A stretch of DNA of 64,000 nucleotides, from NCBI GenBank assembly GCA_963843625.1, contig CAWJLK010000004.1:30255-94254 (forward strand), read 5' to 3'. A model generated the notes under the pieces. The model was given only the letters and a program-made list of their open reading frames with translations. It did not search any database and was not told the DNA's origin. This stretch comes from an uncultured Acidobacteriaceae bacterium (GTDB taxonomy: Bacteria; Acidobacteriota; Terriglobia; Terriglobales; Acidobacteriaceae). Positions 11,051 to 20,113 of this stretch are shown here, one piece after another (the first letter of the stretch is position 1; each line of letters starts with the position of its first letter). The position numbers and the translations under genes were made by a program.

Positions 11051-11110
11051 TGTCCAGATTCAGGACACATTGACCGGCTTCTCAGACACTTCTGTCAGAT
11101 TCTGATACAC
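11051..11110. promoter_or_regulatory. Three imperfect TGTC...GACAC palindromes; candidate operator array
   Basis: TGTCCAGATTCAGGACAC (11051), TGACCGGCTTCTCAGACAC (11071) and TGTCAGATTCTGATACAC (11093), upstream of the permease pair. Confidence 0.4.
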
Positions 11111-11131
11111 TCGTCACGCCCGACAGATTCC

Positions 11132-11190
11132 GGTGCCCCATCCTCGCGGCGTTCTTGTCTTTGCCGCTAGGGTGGGAAGCCACGAACCCC
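11132..11190. repeat. REP-like hairpin
   Basis: GGTGCCCCATCCTCGCGGC...GCCGCTAGGGTGGGAAGCCACGAACCCC. Confidence 0.7.
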
Positions 11191-11200
11191 ATCTCCACCT

Positions 11201-11845
11201 CTAGCCCAACTCCTCCATCCACCGGCCAAACTCGGTAGCCGGATCAGCCTGACGAAAGATCCCGCCGGCGACAGCCACCATCGTCGCTCCAGCGGCCAGC
11301 GCCTCCGCCGCCGTGGCCAGCGTAATGCCGCCAATCGCCACGAGCACGGGCTTCGTGCCAGCCTCTTTCCGAAGCCGCCGGATACCCTCCATCCCGATCA
11401 ACGGCGAAGTGGTCTGCTTGGTCCGCGTCGCAAAGACCGGGCCGATCGAGAAGTAATCCGCCGGCTCCGCAAGAATCCCCGGAACCATCCCCGACCCGCC
11501 GCCGCCAAAAGTGCCGACGATTCGATCCGGCCCCAGCAACGTGCGTGCCTCACTGGGCTTCAAGTCGCCCGCGTCAACATGTACGCCATCAAAACCAATA
11601 TGTTCAATAAGATCAGATCGATCATCGAGAATTAACTTCACCTTTCCAGCAGGCATTGCCGCTCGCAGAATCTCCGCATCGGCCAGCAATTCAGCATCCG
11701 CGCCGGTCTTGTTGCGGTATTCGAGCAGCGTCACACCAGCATCGATCAGCTCACCACCCAGCCTGCGAAGATACTGTGCTCTGCCGGCGGTTGGAAGAAA
11801 AGAGGAATCGAGGATCGGATAGATTTTGGGAAATGAGAAGGACAT
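11201..11845 (-). CDS. thiE: Thiamine-phosphate synthase (ThiE/TenI-like)
   Basis: YPILD, LEYRNK, LILDDR, DGVHVDAGD, DYFSIGPVFATRTK, VAIGGIT. Some canonical residues (QxRxK, GxSxH) differ, so the activity is uncertain. Confidence 0.72.
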   Translation of the reverse strand: MSFSFPKIYPILDSSFLPTAGRAQYLRRLGGELIDAGVTLLEYRNKTGADAELLADAEILRAAMPAGKVKLILDDRSDLIEHIGFDGVHVDAGDLKPSEARTLLGPDRIVGTFGGGGSGMVPGILAEPADYFSIGPVFATRTKQTTSPLIGMEGIRRLRKEAGTKPVLVAIGGITLATAAEALAAGATMVAVAGGIFRQADPATEFGRWMEELG

Positions 11846-11864
11846 AGAACAAGAGTACTTGGAA

Positions 11865-12001
11865 CAGTGGCCAGTTGTCAGTGAACAGTGGTCAGTCGCT
11901 AAACCCTCAGATCTACAGAAGCTCTGAAGTCTCCGGCTCAAGCTCTGAAGATCCCTCGATCAATAAGCCTTGAGCCGCTGACCACTGTCCACTGACGACT
12001 G
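11865..12001. repeat. Heptamer (CAGTGGT-like) tandem arrays arranged as a long inverted repeat
   Basis: CAGTGGC-CAGTTGT-CAGTGAA-CAGTGGT-CAGT (11865-96) against CTGACCA-CTGTCCA-CTGACGA-CTG (11978-12001); inner GGCTCAAG/CTTGAGCC. Confidence 0.7.
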
Positions 12002-12003
12002 CT

Positions 12004-12516
12004 TTACTGTCCCGGCATCTCGTCCGCCGAAGGCCCATACGAGCCGGGAATCGGCTTGCCGAGCAGGCGCAGGTAGACGCCCAACTGGGCGCGATGGTGA
12101 ATCAGGTGGTCCAACACCCAGTCGCGGAAGACCCGGTACTTCGAGTCGTCGATCCAGGCTTGACCGCCGGCTACGAACTTCCAGTTCTCGTCCCATTTTG
12201 CCGGCGCGAATGCGGCAAACGCCGCCTTGGCCTCGGCAACTTCCTTGTCGAAGCGCTCCAGAAGAGCCTTGGTAGATGCAGGGATATAGGCCTCGAATTT
12301 GTGATCCGCCGGGAACTCCAGCTTATCGGTCGTGAAGGTGGTCTTGGCCCACTCTCCGCAGGTCTCGGCAAGATGTCCGGCTAACCGGCCCAGACTCATG
12401 GATTTGGGGTGGGGTTTGTACGTGAAATCGGCGTCGGCCGGGATCGCCTCAAGCATCTTGCGTGTCTTGGCGGTTTCGCGGTCGTATTCGGCAATCAGTT
12501 CCTGTTGAAAGTTCAT
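12004..12516 (-). CDS. DinB/YfiT-family protein
   Basis: KPHPKSMSLGRLAGH and H.IHHRAQLGVYLRLLG..IP..YG motifs. Confidence 0.88.
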   Translation of the reverse strand: MNFQQELIAEYDRETAKTRKMLEAIPADADFTYKPHPKSMSLGRLAGHLAETCGEWAKTTFTTDKLEFPADHKFEAYIPASTKALLERFDKEVAEAKAAFAAFAPAKWDENWKFVAGGQAWIDDSKYRVFRDWVLDHLIHHRAQLGVYLRLLGKPIPGSYGPSADEMPGQ

Positions 12517-12621
12517 TAGGGCAACCTCCTGTGTTGCGATGCCAGCATACAACAGGTTGGCCTAAAAAGCGAAGAAAAAGCGATAAATTATTTTCGGCTT
12601 AAAATCTCGGCCTCCCTGCCT

Positions 12622-13494
12622 CTATCGAAAGCGCGTCGAGGCAAATGCCGACGAGAACGACTCCTGCCAGCCGATCCCTGCTAGGTGGCGGCGTGGTCTG
12701 AGGTGGCACGTCCACGGGGAGCCGCATAGCCGGAGGTTCCGGATTGTCGATCTGCAGGTAGTTGTCCGTGCTCGAACTTCCAGCCGTCCGGAATCTCGAA
12801 GGGTGCCTGAAAGTTCGTCGGCCAGGGCGTTGTCGGGTCCGCAGTGGCCAAGCGCCGCGCGCCACCAGGGATGCCCTGCGGCGATAATTCCCGCAAAGAA
12901 ATTGCCCAGCGGAAAGGCCGCCGACAACACCTCATCCTTCTTCGAGGCCAGGACGGAGATGCTCCCGATCTTCGCGGCCGTCGACTTGAACTCCGTCGCC
13001 AGGCAGTTGTCGTCGATTGCCGGGGCCATGAGCGTCAACCGGCGCACAGGCAAGTTCATATGCGAGATCGTCGCCAGCACCACTCGTGCGCCCAGGCTGT
13101 GCGAAGCAAACGAAATGCTCGCCGCGCCCTGAAAGTTGGCATCGATGAACTTGGCTGCCAGGCTGCCGGCCTCGTCGGCAATCTTTGGCTCCGCGGGATA
13201 GTCCAGTCCATGCGCCCAGATCGAATCGCCCGGCCATAGCAAGCCCAAAAATGCGGAATTCGGCTGCGGAAGCTGTAGCAGCATGTTCCAATTCGACAGA
13301 GATGCAATACCATTGGCGCGATTCACGTTGAAGCCATGCGCGGCGATCAGCAGATGCCTGCCCTGGACCACCGCAAGAAGCTCATTCAGGTTCAGGCCCG
13401 TGTAGTCGCCGATGCTCGTGCCCTGGTTGGTGCTTACGAGGCCTGCCAGGCCTCCGCCAACCGGTTGAAGACGAAGATCGAGGAAGAGACTCAT
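12622..13494 (-). CDS. Alpha/beta hydrolase (DUF900-like); compensating frameshifts near the C-terminus
   Basis: HGFN, GLLWPG, SHSLG nucleophile elbow, LMAPAID, SKKDEVL. Confidence 0.75.
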   Translation of the reverse strand: MSLFLDLRLQPVGGGLAGLVSTNQGTSIGDYTGLNLNELLAVVQGRHLLIAAHGFNVNRANGIASLSNWNMLLQLPQPNSAFLGLLWPGDSIWAHGLDYPAEPKIADEAGSLAAKFIDANFQGAASISFASHSLGARVVLATISHMNLPVRRLTLMAPAIDDNCLATEFKSTAAKIGSISVLASKKDEVLSAAFPLGNFFAGIIAAGHPWWRAALGHCGPDNALADELSGTLRDSGRLEVRARTTTCRSTIRNLRLCGSPWTCHLRPRRHLAGIGWQESFSSAFASTRFR

Positions 13495-13500
13495 CGCAAC

Positions 13501-14199
13501 CTACTTCCTGACCGATTGCATGGTGTTGACAGCCGTTGATAGCGCACTCGAAATATCCTTGGCAATCGGAGCAAGCGGCGTGGCCAGAAGGCCGACGAGC
13601 AGAGCCACGAACATATCCGGTTTCCCCCAAAAGGCGCCCCAGGAGCCCACAATGCTCAATCCCCCGGCGAAGGCCAGCGCCACAGCGATCAGTGCGGCCA
13701 AGCCACGCGTGCTGTTGCGATAGACCTGATCCGCATGCTGATAGGCCTGGTCGAGCATCGCCGTCATTATCAGGTCGAAACGCGCATATGTGTCACTCTC
13801 TTGCTGGGTCAGCGCCGTTGCTGAGACGATGCTCTGCGCGACCGCCGTCAGCAGGGCCGGATCGACATTCGTCGTGGCTGCCAGCACCGGTGCATTGCCG
13901 GCGCTCAGATGCAGCTTGATCAGCGACTTGGCAATCGACTTCTGGCTGCCGAGGTCGGTGCCGTTCACCCAGTTGGCGAGCAACGAATCCAGTACGCTCG
14001 ATTGCGGCAGCGCATTCAATGGCGGATGAGACCCCGCCTCATTAGGCGTCAGCGCCGAGACCGTCGTGCGAATTCGTTCGAACCCCATGTGATTGATCCC
14101 AGGAAAGACCGGCTTGATGGCCTCCAGCAGCCCAAAGGCCGCGGTACCCAATCCCCCGATCGCTGTTATAACCTCTGGAAGACTCTGAAGTACACTCAT
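13501..14199 (-). CDS. Hypothetical membrane protein
   Basis: 232-aa ORF, one N-terminal and two C-terminal hydrophobic segments, SD-like AGGGAAG, 6 bp upstream of the hydrolase. Confidence 0.7.
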   Translation of the reverse strand: MSVLQSLPEVITAIGGLGTAAFGLLEAIKPVFPGINHMGFERIRTTVSALTPNEAGSHPPLNALPQSSVLDSLLANWVNGTDLGSQKSIAKSLIKLHLSAGNAPVLAATTNVDPALLTAVAQSIVSATALTQQESDTYARFDLIMTAMLDQAYQHADQVYRNSTRGLAALIAVALAFAGGLSIVGSWGAFWGKPDMFVALLVGLLATPLAPIAKDISSALSTAVNTMQSVRK

Positions 14200-14298
14200 T
14201 TGACTTCCCTTTCACGCTCGCCGCGTTGCGTAATTACTATTGCTCAACACTATAGGGCATGGACAGCGAGAAACGTGACACTTTTTTCGGCACTCCCT

Positions 14299-14338
14299 AA
14301 AAAAGGGCTGGAACTCCGTCGAGAGTTCCAGCCCTTTT
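14299..14338 (-). terminator. Intrinsic terminator after accC
   Basis: AAAAAA-GGGCTGGAACTC...GAGTTCCAGCCC-TTTT. Confidence 0.8.
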
Positions 14339-14366
14339 CCCCTTCTAACACTTGCTGAGTTTAAGC

Positions 14367-15719
14367 CTAGCCCTGCCGCTTGGCCAAGAACTTTTCCATG
14401 AATTTGGTATCGAACTCGCCTGCGCGAAATTCCGCGTCGGCAAAGATTCCCTGGTGCAGCGGAATCGAGGTCTCAATCCCCTGCACGATGAACTGGCTCA
14501 GCGCGCGCTCCATCTTGGCAATCGCCTCTGCACGGTCGCGTCCATGCACGATCAGCTTGGCAATCAGCGAGTCGTAGTAAGGCGGCACCACTCCCTCGGC
14601 ATACTGCGCCGTATCCACGCGCACGCCGTTGCCGCCGGGCACGTTGAAGGCCGTGATCTTGCCCGCCGACGGAGTGAACTTCACTGGGTTTTCAGCGTTG
14701 ATGCGGCACTCGATCGCGTGGCCGCGAATCTCAAGCTTCGCTGGCAAAATCTCGTCCAGCCGCATCCCTGAGGCGATCAGCAACTGCGCCTTGACAATAT
14801 CCACGCCGGTAATCGCCTCGGTGATCGGGTGCTCCACCTGCACGCGGGTATTCATCTCGATAAAGTGCAGTTGTCCATCCTCGTCCATCAGGAACTCGAC
14901 CGTTCCGGCGTTCTGATAGCCGATCTCGGTGAGGCAGCGGCAGAGCGTCTGGCCGATCTCTTCGCGCATCGCGGGCGTCACGCGCAGGCTCGGAGCCTCC
15001 TCGATCAGTTTTTGATGGCGGCGCTGGATCGAGCAGTCGCGCTCGAAGAGCGTTCTGACATGCCCATGCTCATCGGCAAGCACCTGGAACTCGATGTGGC
15101 GCGGGTTCTCGATGAACTTTTCCATGTAGAGCTCGCCGTTGCCAAATGCATTCGCCGCCTCGGTGTACGCCGCATGGAAGAGGTTGGGCAACTCCTCCAG
15201 CGACCGCACGATCCTCATGCCGCGCCCGCCGCCGCCGGCCTTGGCCTTCAGAATCACCGGAAAGCCAACTCTCTTGGCCCACTCCTGCGCCTCTTCCGCG
15301 GTGGCAATCACCCCATCGGAGCCGGGCAGAATCGGCACGTTGGCCGCCTTCATCGTCTGGCGCGCCTTGTCTTTCTCGCCCATCAGGCGAGTAATCTCCG
15401 GCGGGGGGCCGATGAACTTGATGTTTGAAGCGCGGCAGACCTCGGCGAAGTTCGCATTCTCGCTCAGCAGCCCGTAGCCGGGATGAATCGCGTCGACATC
15501 CGCGATTTCGGCAGCGGAGATGACCGCCGGCACGTTTAGATAGCTCTCCGCCAGCCTTGGCGGCCCGATGCAGATGGCCTCGTCGGCAAAACGAACGTGC
15601 AGCGAGTTGCGGTCGGCCTCGCTATAGACGGCGACGGTGCCAATGCCCAGCTCCCGGCAGGCATTGATGACGCGCAGAGCGATTTCGCCGCGATTGGCAA
15701 TCAGTACTTTACGAAACAT
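14367..15719 (-). CDS. accC: Acetyl-CoA carboxylase, biotin carboxylase subunit
   Basis: [62 protein letters not shown]. Confidence 0.97.
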   Translation of the reverse strand: MFRKVLIANRGEIALRVINACRELGIGTVAVYSEADRNSLHVRFADEAICIGPPRLAESYLNVPAVISAAEIADVDAIHPGYGLLSENANFAEVCRASNIKFIGPPPEITRLMGEKDKARQTMKAANVPILPGSDGVIATAEEAQEWAKRVGFPVILKAKAGGGGRGMRIVRSLEELPNLFHAAYTEAANAFGNGELYMEKFIENPRHIEFQVLADEHGHVRTLFERDCSIQRRHQKLIEEAPSLRVTPAMREEIGQTLCRCLTEIGYQNAGTVEFLMDEDGQLHFIEMNTRVQVEHPITEAITGVDIVKAQLLIASGMRLDEILPAKLEIRGHAIECRINAENPVKFTPSAGKITAFNVPGGNGVRVDTAQYAEGVVPPYYDSLIAKLIVHGRDRAEAIAKMERALSQFIVQGIETSIPLHQGIFADAEFRAGEFDTKFMEKFLAKRQG

Positions 15720-15771
15720 GCATAACCTTTTATGCGGGTATTTGATCCTGCTTCAGCAGAGCCAAAGATCT

Positions 15772-15817
15772 GGGTGCCCCACCCTCGCCGCGTCTCTGTT
15801 TTTGCGGCTAGGGTGAG
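15772..15817. repeat. REP-like hairpin in the accB-accC spacer
   Basis: GGGTGCCCCACCCTCGCCGC...GCGGCTAGGGTGAG. Confidence 0.7.
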
Positions 15818-15840
15818 ATCGATCCAGCTCACACTGCCTG

Positions 15841-16338
15841 TCACCCTAACCGAATTGAATAAAGCGGCTGCCCGTACTCGACCGGCTGGCCGTTGGAGAC
15901 AAGGCACTTTACGATCTCTCCTGCGGCGTCGGACTCGATCTCGTTCATCAGCTTCATGGCCTCGACAATGCCAATCACCTGTCCCTTTGAGACGTGGTCG
16001 CCCGGAGAGACAAAGGCCTCCGCGCCCGGCGCAGGCGAACCGTAAAAAGTGCCAACCAGCGGCGCCTTCACGATGTGCAGGCTTGAGTCGACCGTCTCCA
16101 CTGCCGCAGAATCCGCAACCGCCGCTTCCGCCGCGTGAGTAGTCGCCGGCCTCGCAACTGCCGCAGGAGCCGTGGCCAAGACTCGCGCCAGATCGCTCAA
16201 TCCAGCCTGTGAGGCCTCCGGCGAATTGAACTTGAGCCGTATCTTCAGGTCGCCCCGGTCCAGATCGAACTCGGCAACCTGATACTGCTTCAAAAACTCG
16301 ATAAGTTGTTTCAGATCTTCGATGTCTTGTGGTTTCAT
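15841..16338 (-). CDS. accB: Biotin carboxyl carrier protein
   Basis: APLVGTFY, EAMKLMNEI biotinylation motif, Ala/Pro linker. Confidence 0.96.
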   Translation of the reverse strand: MKPQDIEDLKQLIEFLKQYQVAEFDLDRGDLKIRLKFNSPEASQAGLSDLARVLATAPAAVARPATTHAAEAAVADSAAVETVDSSLHIVKAPLVGTFYGSPAPGAEAFVSPGDHVSKGQVIGIVEAMKLMNEIESDAAGEIVKCLVSNGQPVEYGQPLYSIRLG

Positions 16339-16375
16339 TCGTTCCTTGACTCTCTTGTTTTCAGACAGGGTTCGA

Positions 16376-17466
16376 TCAAAGTTCGATCAATGCCTTGGGT
16401 GCCGGGGTCAGCACCTCAGCTCCGTTTCTGTTACAGCCACCATATCCTCGATGCGAATGCCAAATAGCTCCGGGAGGTAGATTCCCGGCTCGATAGTGAC
16501 GACCATGCCGGCCTGCAGCCGGATCGTTTGCCCTGCGCCGATGCGCGGCGGTTCGTGAATCTCCAGTCCGAGCCCATGGCCGGTGGAGTGGGAAAATGCC
16601 TCTGCCAGTCCTGCCTTGCGCAACACGCTGCGTGCCGCCTCATCGACCTCTCCGCAACTCACGCCGGGAGCCACCGCGGCGATCGCAGCCTCCTGCGCCT
16701 CCAGCACCGCCTCGTAAGCCGCGCGTTCTTTAGCCTTGGGCTTGCCCAGGTGCACGGTGCGCGTCATATCCGAGCAGTAACCCTTGAGAATAACACCGAA
16801 ATCGAGCGTCACGAAGCCGTTGCGGGGCAGCCTGGCGGCGGTAGCCCGCCCATGCGGCAGAGCCGAGCGCACACCCGACGCGACGATGGTCTCGAACGAC
16901 ATCCCCTCGGCCCCCAGAAGGCGAGCCTGGTACTCCAGCTCCGCAGCCACTTCAAACTCTCTGAGGCCGGGCTCGATGAACTCCAGAATCTGATCGAAGA
17001 GCTTGCAGCCCATCAGCGCCGCCTCGATCATCAGCGCCAGCTCGTCTTCGTCCTTGACCCTGCGCAGCGGCTCAACCAGCGGAGCGGCCAGCGGAGTAAG
17101 GAGACCGCGGCGAAGCCGGGCGGGCAGAGCGGTCCTCCAGCGGCTCAGATCGGCCACACTGGTTGCAGCCGGATCGAATCCGGCAAAGACGAACGCCCGG
17201 CTGCGCGGCGAGCCACTCGACGGCCGCCACCGCCGGAGGGCCTGAAACAACCTCAACCTCGGCGCCGGCAACCTCCTCGGCGGCCTGCGTCCTGTAGCGG
17301 CTGTCGGTAAGAGCCGCGCACTGCGGCGCGTAATGGCCAGCGCCGCGCTCGATCCGGTGAATCCGGAGAGATAGCGCAGATCGGGAAGATGAGTGACCAG
17401 CAGGCCATGAAGCCCGGATTTGGTCAGACGGCGGCGCAACAGCCCGATGCGGCGAAGGTGGTCCAC
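16376..17466 (-). CDS. Xaa-Pro aminopeptidase (M24B); frameshifts
   Basis: YLSGFTGS, SALPHG, DFG..GYCSDMTRT, HSTGHGLGLEIHE, TIEPGIY, GIRIED; corrected end ...VLTPAPKALIEL*. Confidence 0.9.
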
Positions 17467-17586
17467 TGGGTAAGGATAACAGGGGGCAGAGGACAGAGAT
17501 CCGGGGACCGGGACTAGTGGACAGAAATGATTTGCGAGACTCAGCCAATCATAATTGCAAGGATGATACAACCGCCGAGTGCCCCT

Positions 17587-18025
17587 TTAGCCGAGACCGT
17601 TAATCTCCAAGCCTGAGAACTTCTTCGTTGCCGGATCGTACGTCACGTGCCAGAAGCAACTCCCTCCATCCGCAGTCAATAGAAGGCGGGTGCGCCAGTC
17701 GGGTGAAGGTAGCACGCTGCACATAGCATTCACGAAAATCGTCCTTTTACCGTCAGCGACGATGGCCACATACTGCCGGAAGTATTTTTCTGGGTAGATC
17801 AACGTGTTGCACAGGTTTCCATGACTTGGCCGACAAATCTGAGATGTGTGGCAGGCTTGCCTCAAGAGCTTCAATATCCGCTTTAGTCGGCTGCCAACTG
17901 ACTTTTGCACCAATCGCAGCCGCTTCACTCGCCGGTAGCAATACCCACTGTTGCTCTTGCTGTCCGCTTGTGCCTTGAATGAGAAAAAGCAGGAGAAGAG
18001 CAATCATCAATTTCCGCGCGGTCAT
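17587..18025 (-). CDS. Hypothetical secreted protein; one frameshift near 17790
   Basis: Signal-like N-terminus (17753..18025) joins YFRQYV..IFVNA.C..DGGSCFW..YD..LEING (17587..18003). Confidence 0.6.
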
Positions 18026-18059
18026 AGCGGTCTATCCCCCTAGTCCCTATTCCCTGCCT

Positions 18060-18329
18060 TTACATCGCCGGTCGGACAGGCTTCTTCTGGTCGGGGTCGG
18101 CGTTGAGGTCGGCGGCATGCTGGTCGCTCTGGCGGTCCATCCACTCGTCGAGGCGGCTGCGCTTGAAGCGCCAGCGGTTGCCCAGCTTGAAGGCGGGCAC
18201 AAAGCCCTCCGAAGCATATTTATAAAGCGTGTCGGGCGAGATGCCCAGATACTCCGAGGCCTGGCGAATGTCCATGACCTCGCGCACTTCGGGAACCAGC
18301 AAATTGGAGCGGAGAGCTGCGCTGCGCAT
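18060..18329 (-). CDS. Excisionase-like (HTH_17) DNA-binding protein
   Basis: VMDIRQASEYLGISPDTLYKY...PAFKLGNRWRF....LDEWM. Confidence 0.88.
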   Translation of the reverse strand: MRSAALRSNLLVPEVREVMDIRQASEYLGISPDTLYKYASEGFVPAFKLGNRWRFKRSRLDEWMDRQSDQHAADLNADPDQKKPVRPAM

Positions 18330-18563
18330 GATTGCCTCTGGGGGGCGGGGGTCCCCGAGCGTGATTCCGGCAATCCTGCCGGTACTCTTGTATATAGCGC
18401 GGATTCACCCGTCATTTCAAGGGTTTTCAGGCAGTTACAGGAAATTAACCGGCCTTCGCCGCCATTTTTCGGCAGTCGTTTCTATTGGAAGCCCCATATG
18501 TTGGGCCGCGTATTGACCCAACCCCAAGCACTCGGGCCATTGAGACGAATGGTGCTTTCGCGT

Positions 18564-19850
18564 CTAGTTTGTATCTTCGCGCCGGTGCAGCGTCGGCCTG
18601 TCATCGCCCGTCGAGCTGCCGCTAGAGTCCGATGTACTGGTCGGATCGCCTGCATCGGTGCTCGCCCGCCGCAGCGACGGCTTCTTTTCCTTCGAGTCGG
18701 TCAGGCGGCGCTTGTTCTCGATTCGCGCCAGCCGCGCCTTCACATCGTCAAACTCCGATGTGGTCACCGTGTACTCGTCCCTGGCCGGCAGAATGTGCGC
18801 AATCTCCTCCTGCGAGTGCAGGATGCGATCGGGGGTCTGCGGGTGGTCGGAGAAGGTCTTGGCCACCAGGCCTGGCTTCCGTTTCTCCAGCGCCTGCACC
18901 TTTTCAAAGAAGGTAATGAAGGCCTGCGGATCGTAGCCCGCCCGGTACATGTATTGCACGCCCAGATAATCGGCCTGCGCCTCGAAGTCGCGAGAGAACT
19001 TCATGAAAGTGATCGGCACGGCAAAGTTGGCCGCCTCGTAGATGCCGTAGCCCGTCCAGCCCCCCATAAAGATCAGAGGAATGGTGCCCAACTGGGCGTA
19101 ATTCATCCGTGTCATCTCGCGCATCGCGTGATGGGCGCAGACGTGGGCCGTTTCGTGGGCCATCACCCCGGCCAGTTCCGCCTCTTCGTCGGCATTCAGA
19201 ATCAAGCCGGAGTTGACGAAAAAGAAGCCTCCCGGCAGCGCAAACGCGTTGATCTCGTCCGAATCGATCACCTTGATCGTGAATGGCACCTTGCAATCGG
19301 AGTTCTTGACGATGTTCTGGCCGATGCGGTTCACATATTCGGTTACGACCGGATCGGTGATGAACTTGGTGCTCTTCTCGATATCCATGGCATACTGCTT
19401 GCCCATTTTGATTTCGGTGTCGGTCGAGTACCAGTTCCCCAGGCCGCGGCCGCCGATATCGCGATTGCCCACAGCGTTTACGTCGTCGACCGAGCCGGAC
19501 TTCACTTTGACCTGCTCGCTTCCGGGCTCAACGACCTTATCCGGATTGACCGCGGTATCGCCTTCGACCGGAGTGGTTCCCGGCGCTGGCTTGTCGTCTT
19601 TGGATTTGTCTGGCTTGTCGCCTGATTTGGCCTGCTTGTCCTCCTTGGAGTTCGTCGCCGCAGGCGCGGTGGCGGGGGCCGGAACGTCTCCGGCGACCGG
19701 CGTCGTTCCCGGCGCTGGCTGGGCTGATGGGCTATCAGTCGAAGGCGTACTTGGCGACGTCGCCTGTGCCCAGGACATCGTGCCCAGGGCGAACGCCAGA
19801 GCCAATCCTGCTAGCACCGTTGCTTTGGAAGCTATTCGAACTGTCCTCAT
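18564..19850 (-). CDS. M48-family (BepA-like) secreted zinc metallopeptidase
   Basis: Signal peptide, disordered linker, NAFALPGG, ELAGVMAHETAH (HExxH), FSRDFEAQAD, SDHP. Confidence 0.92.
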   Translation of the reverse strand: MRTVRIASKATVLAGLALAFALGTMSWAQATSPSTPSTDSPSAQPAPGTTPVAGDVPAPATAPAATNSKEDKQAKSGDKPDKSKDDKPAPGTTPVEGDTAVNPDKVVEPGSEQVKVKSGSVDDVNAVGNRDIGGRGLGNWYSTDTEIKMGKQYAMDIEKSTKFITDPVVTEYVNRIGQNIVKNSDCKVPFTIKVIDSDEINAFALPGGFFFVNSGLILNADEEAELAGVMAHETAHVCAHHAMREMTRMNYAQLGTIPLIFMGGWTGYGIYEAANFAVPITFMKFSRDFEAQADYLGVQYMYRAGYDPQAFITFFEKVQALEKRKPGLVAKTFSDHPQTPDRILHSQEEIAHILPARDEYTVTTSEFDDVKARLARIENKRRLTDSKEKKPSLRRASTDAGDPTSTSDSSGSSTGDDRPTLHRREDTN

Positions 19851-20113
19851 GACCTCTCCTCCGGCACGATTCCATTCTCGCAATTAAGGGCCCGCAGGGC
19901 CTGATTCCGACGACGATCGACAATACAAGCCGCTTCGCTTCACCGTTTAGACGCTAGTATCTGCCGGTTGGGCTCTGGTTTGGAAGAATATTTTGCGCCC
20001 GGGCCCGATCTCTCCATTGAATGACTGCGATCCGCAGCTTCCGCTCCGGCTTTATACCCTCACCTTACTCCTTGGAGCAGGCATCCGCCTGCGTTAGAGT
20101 GGAGAACACAGGC

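Noticed and set aside
17979-19625. 548-aa plus-strand ORF
   Set aside because: Antisense to the M48 peptidase and HTH genes, with no recognisable motifs; typical high-GC shadow ORF.
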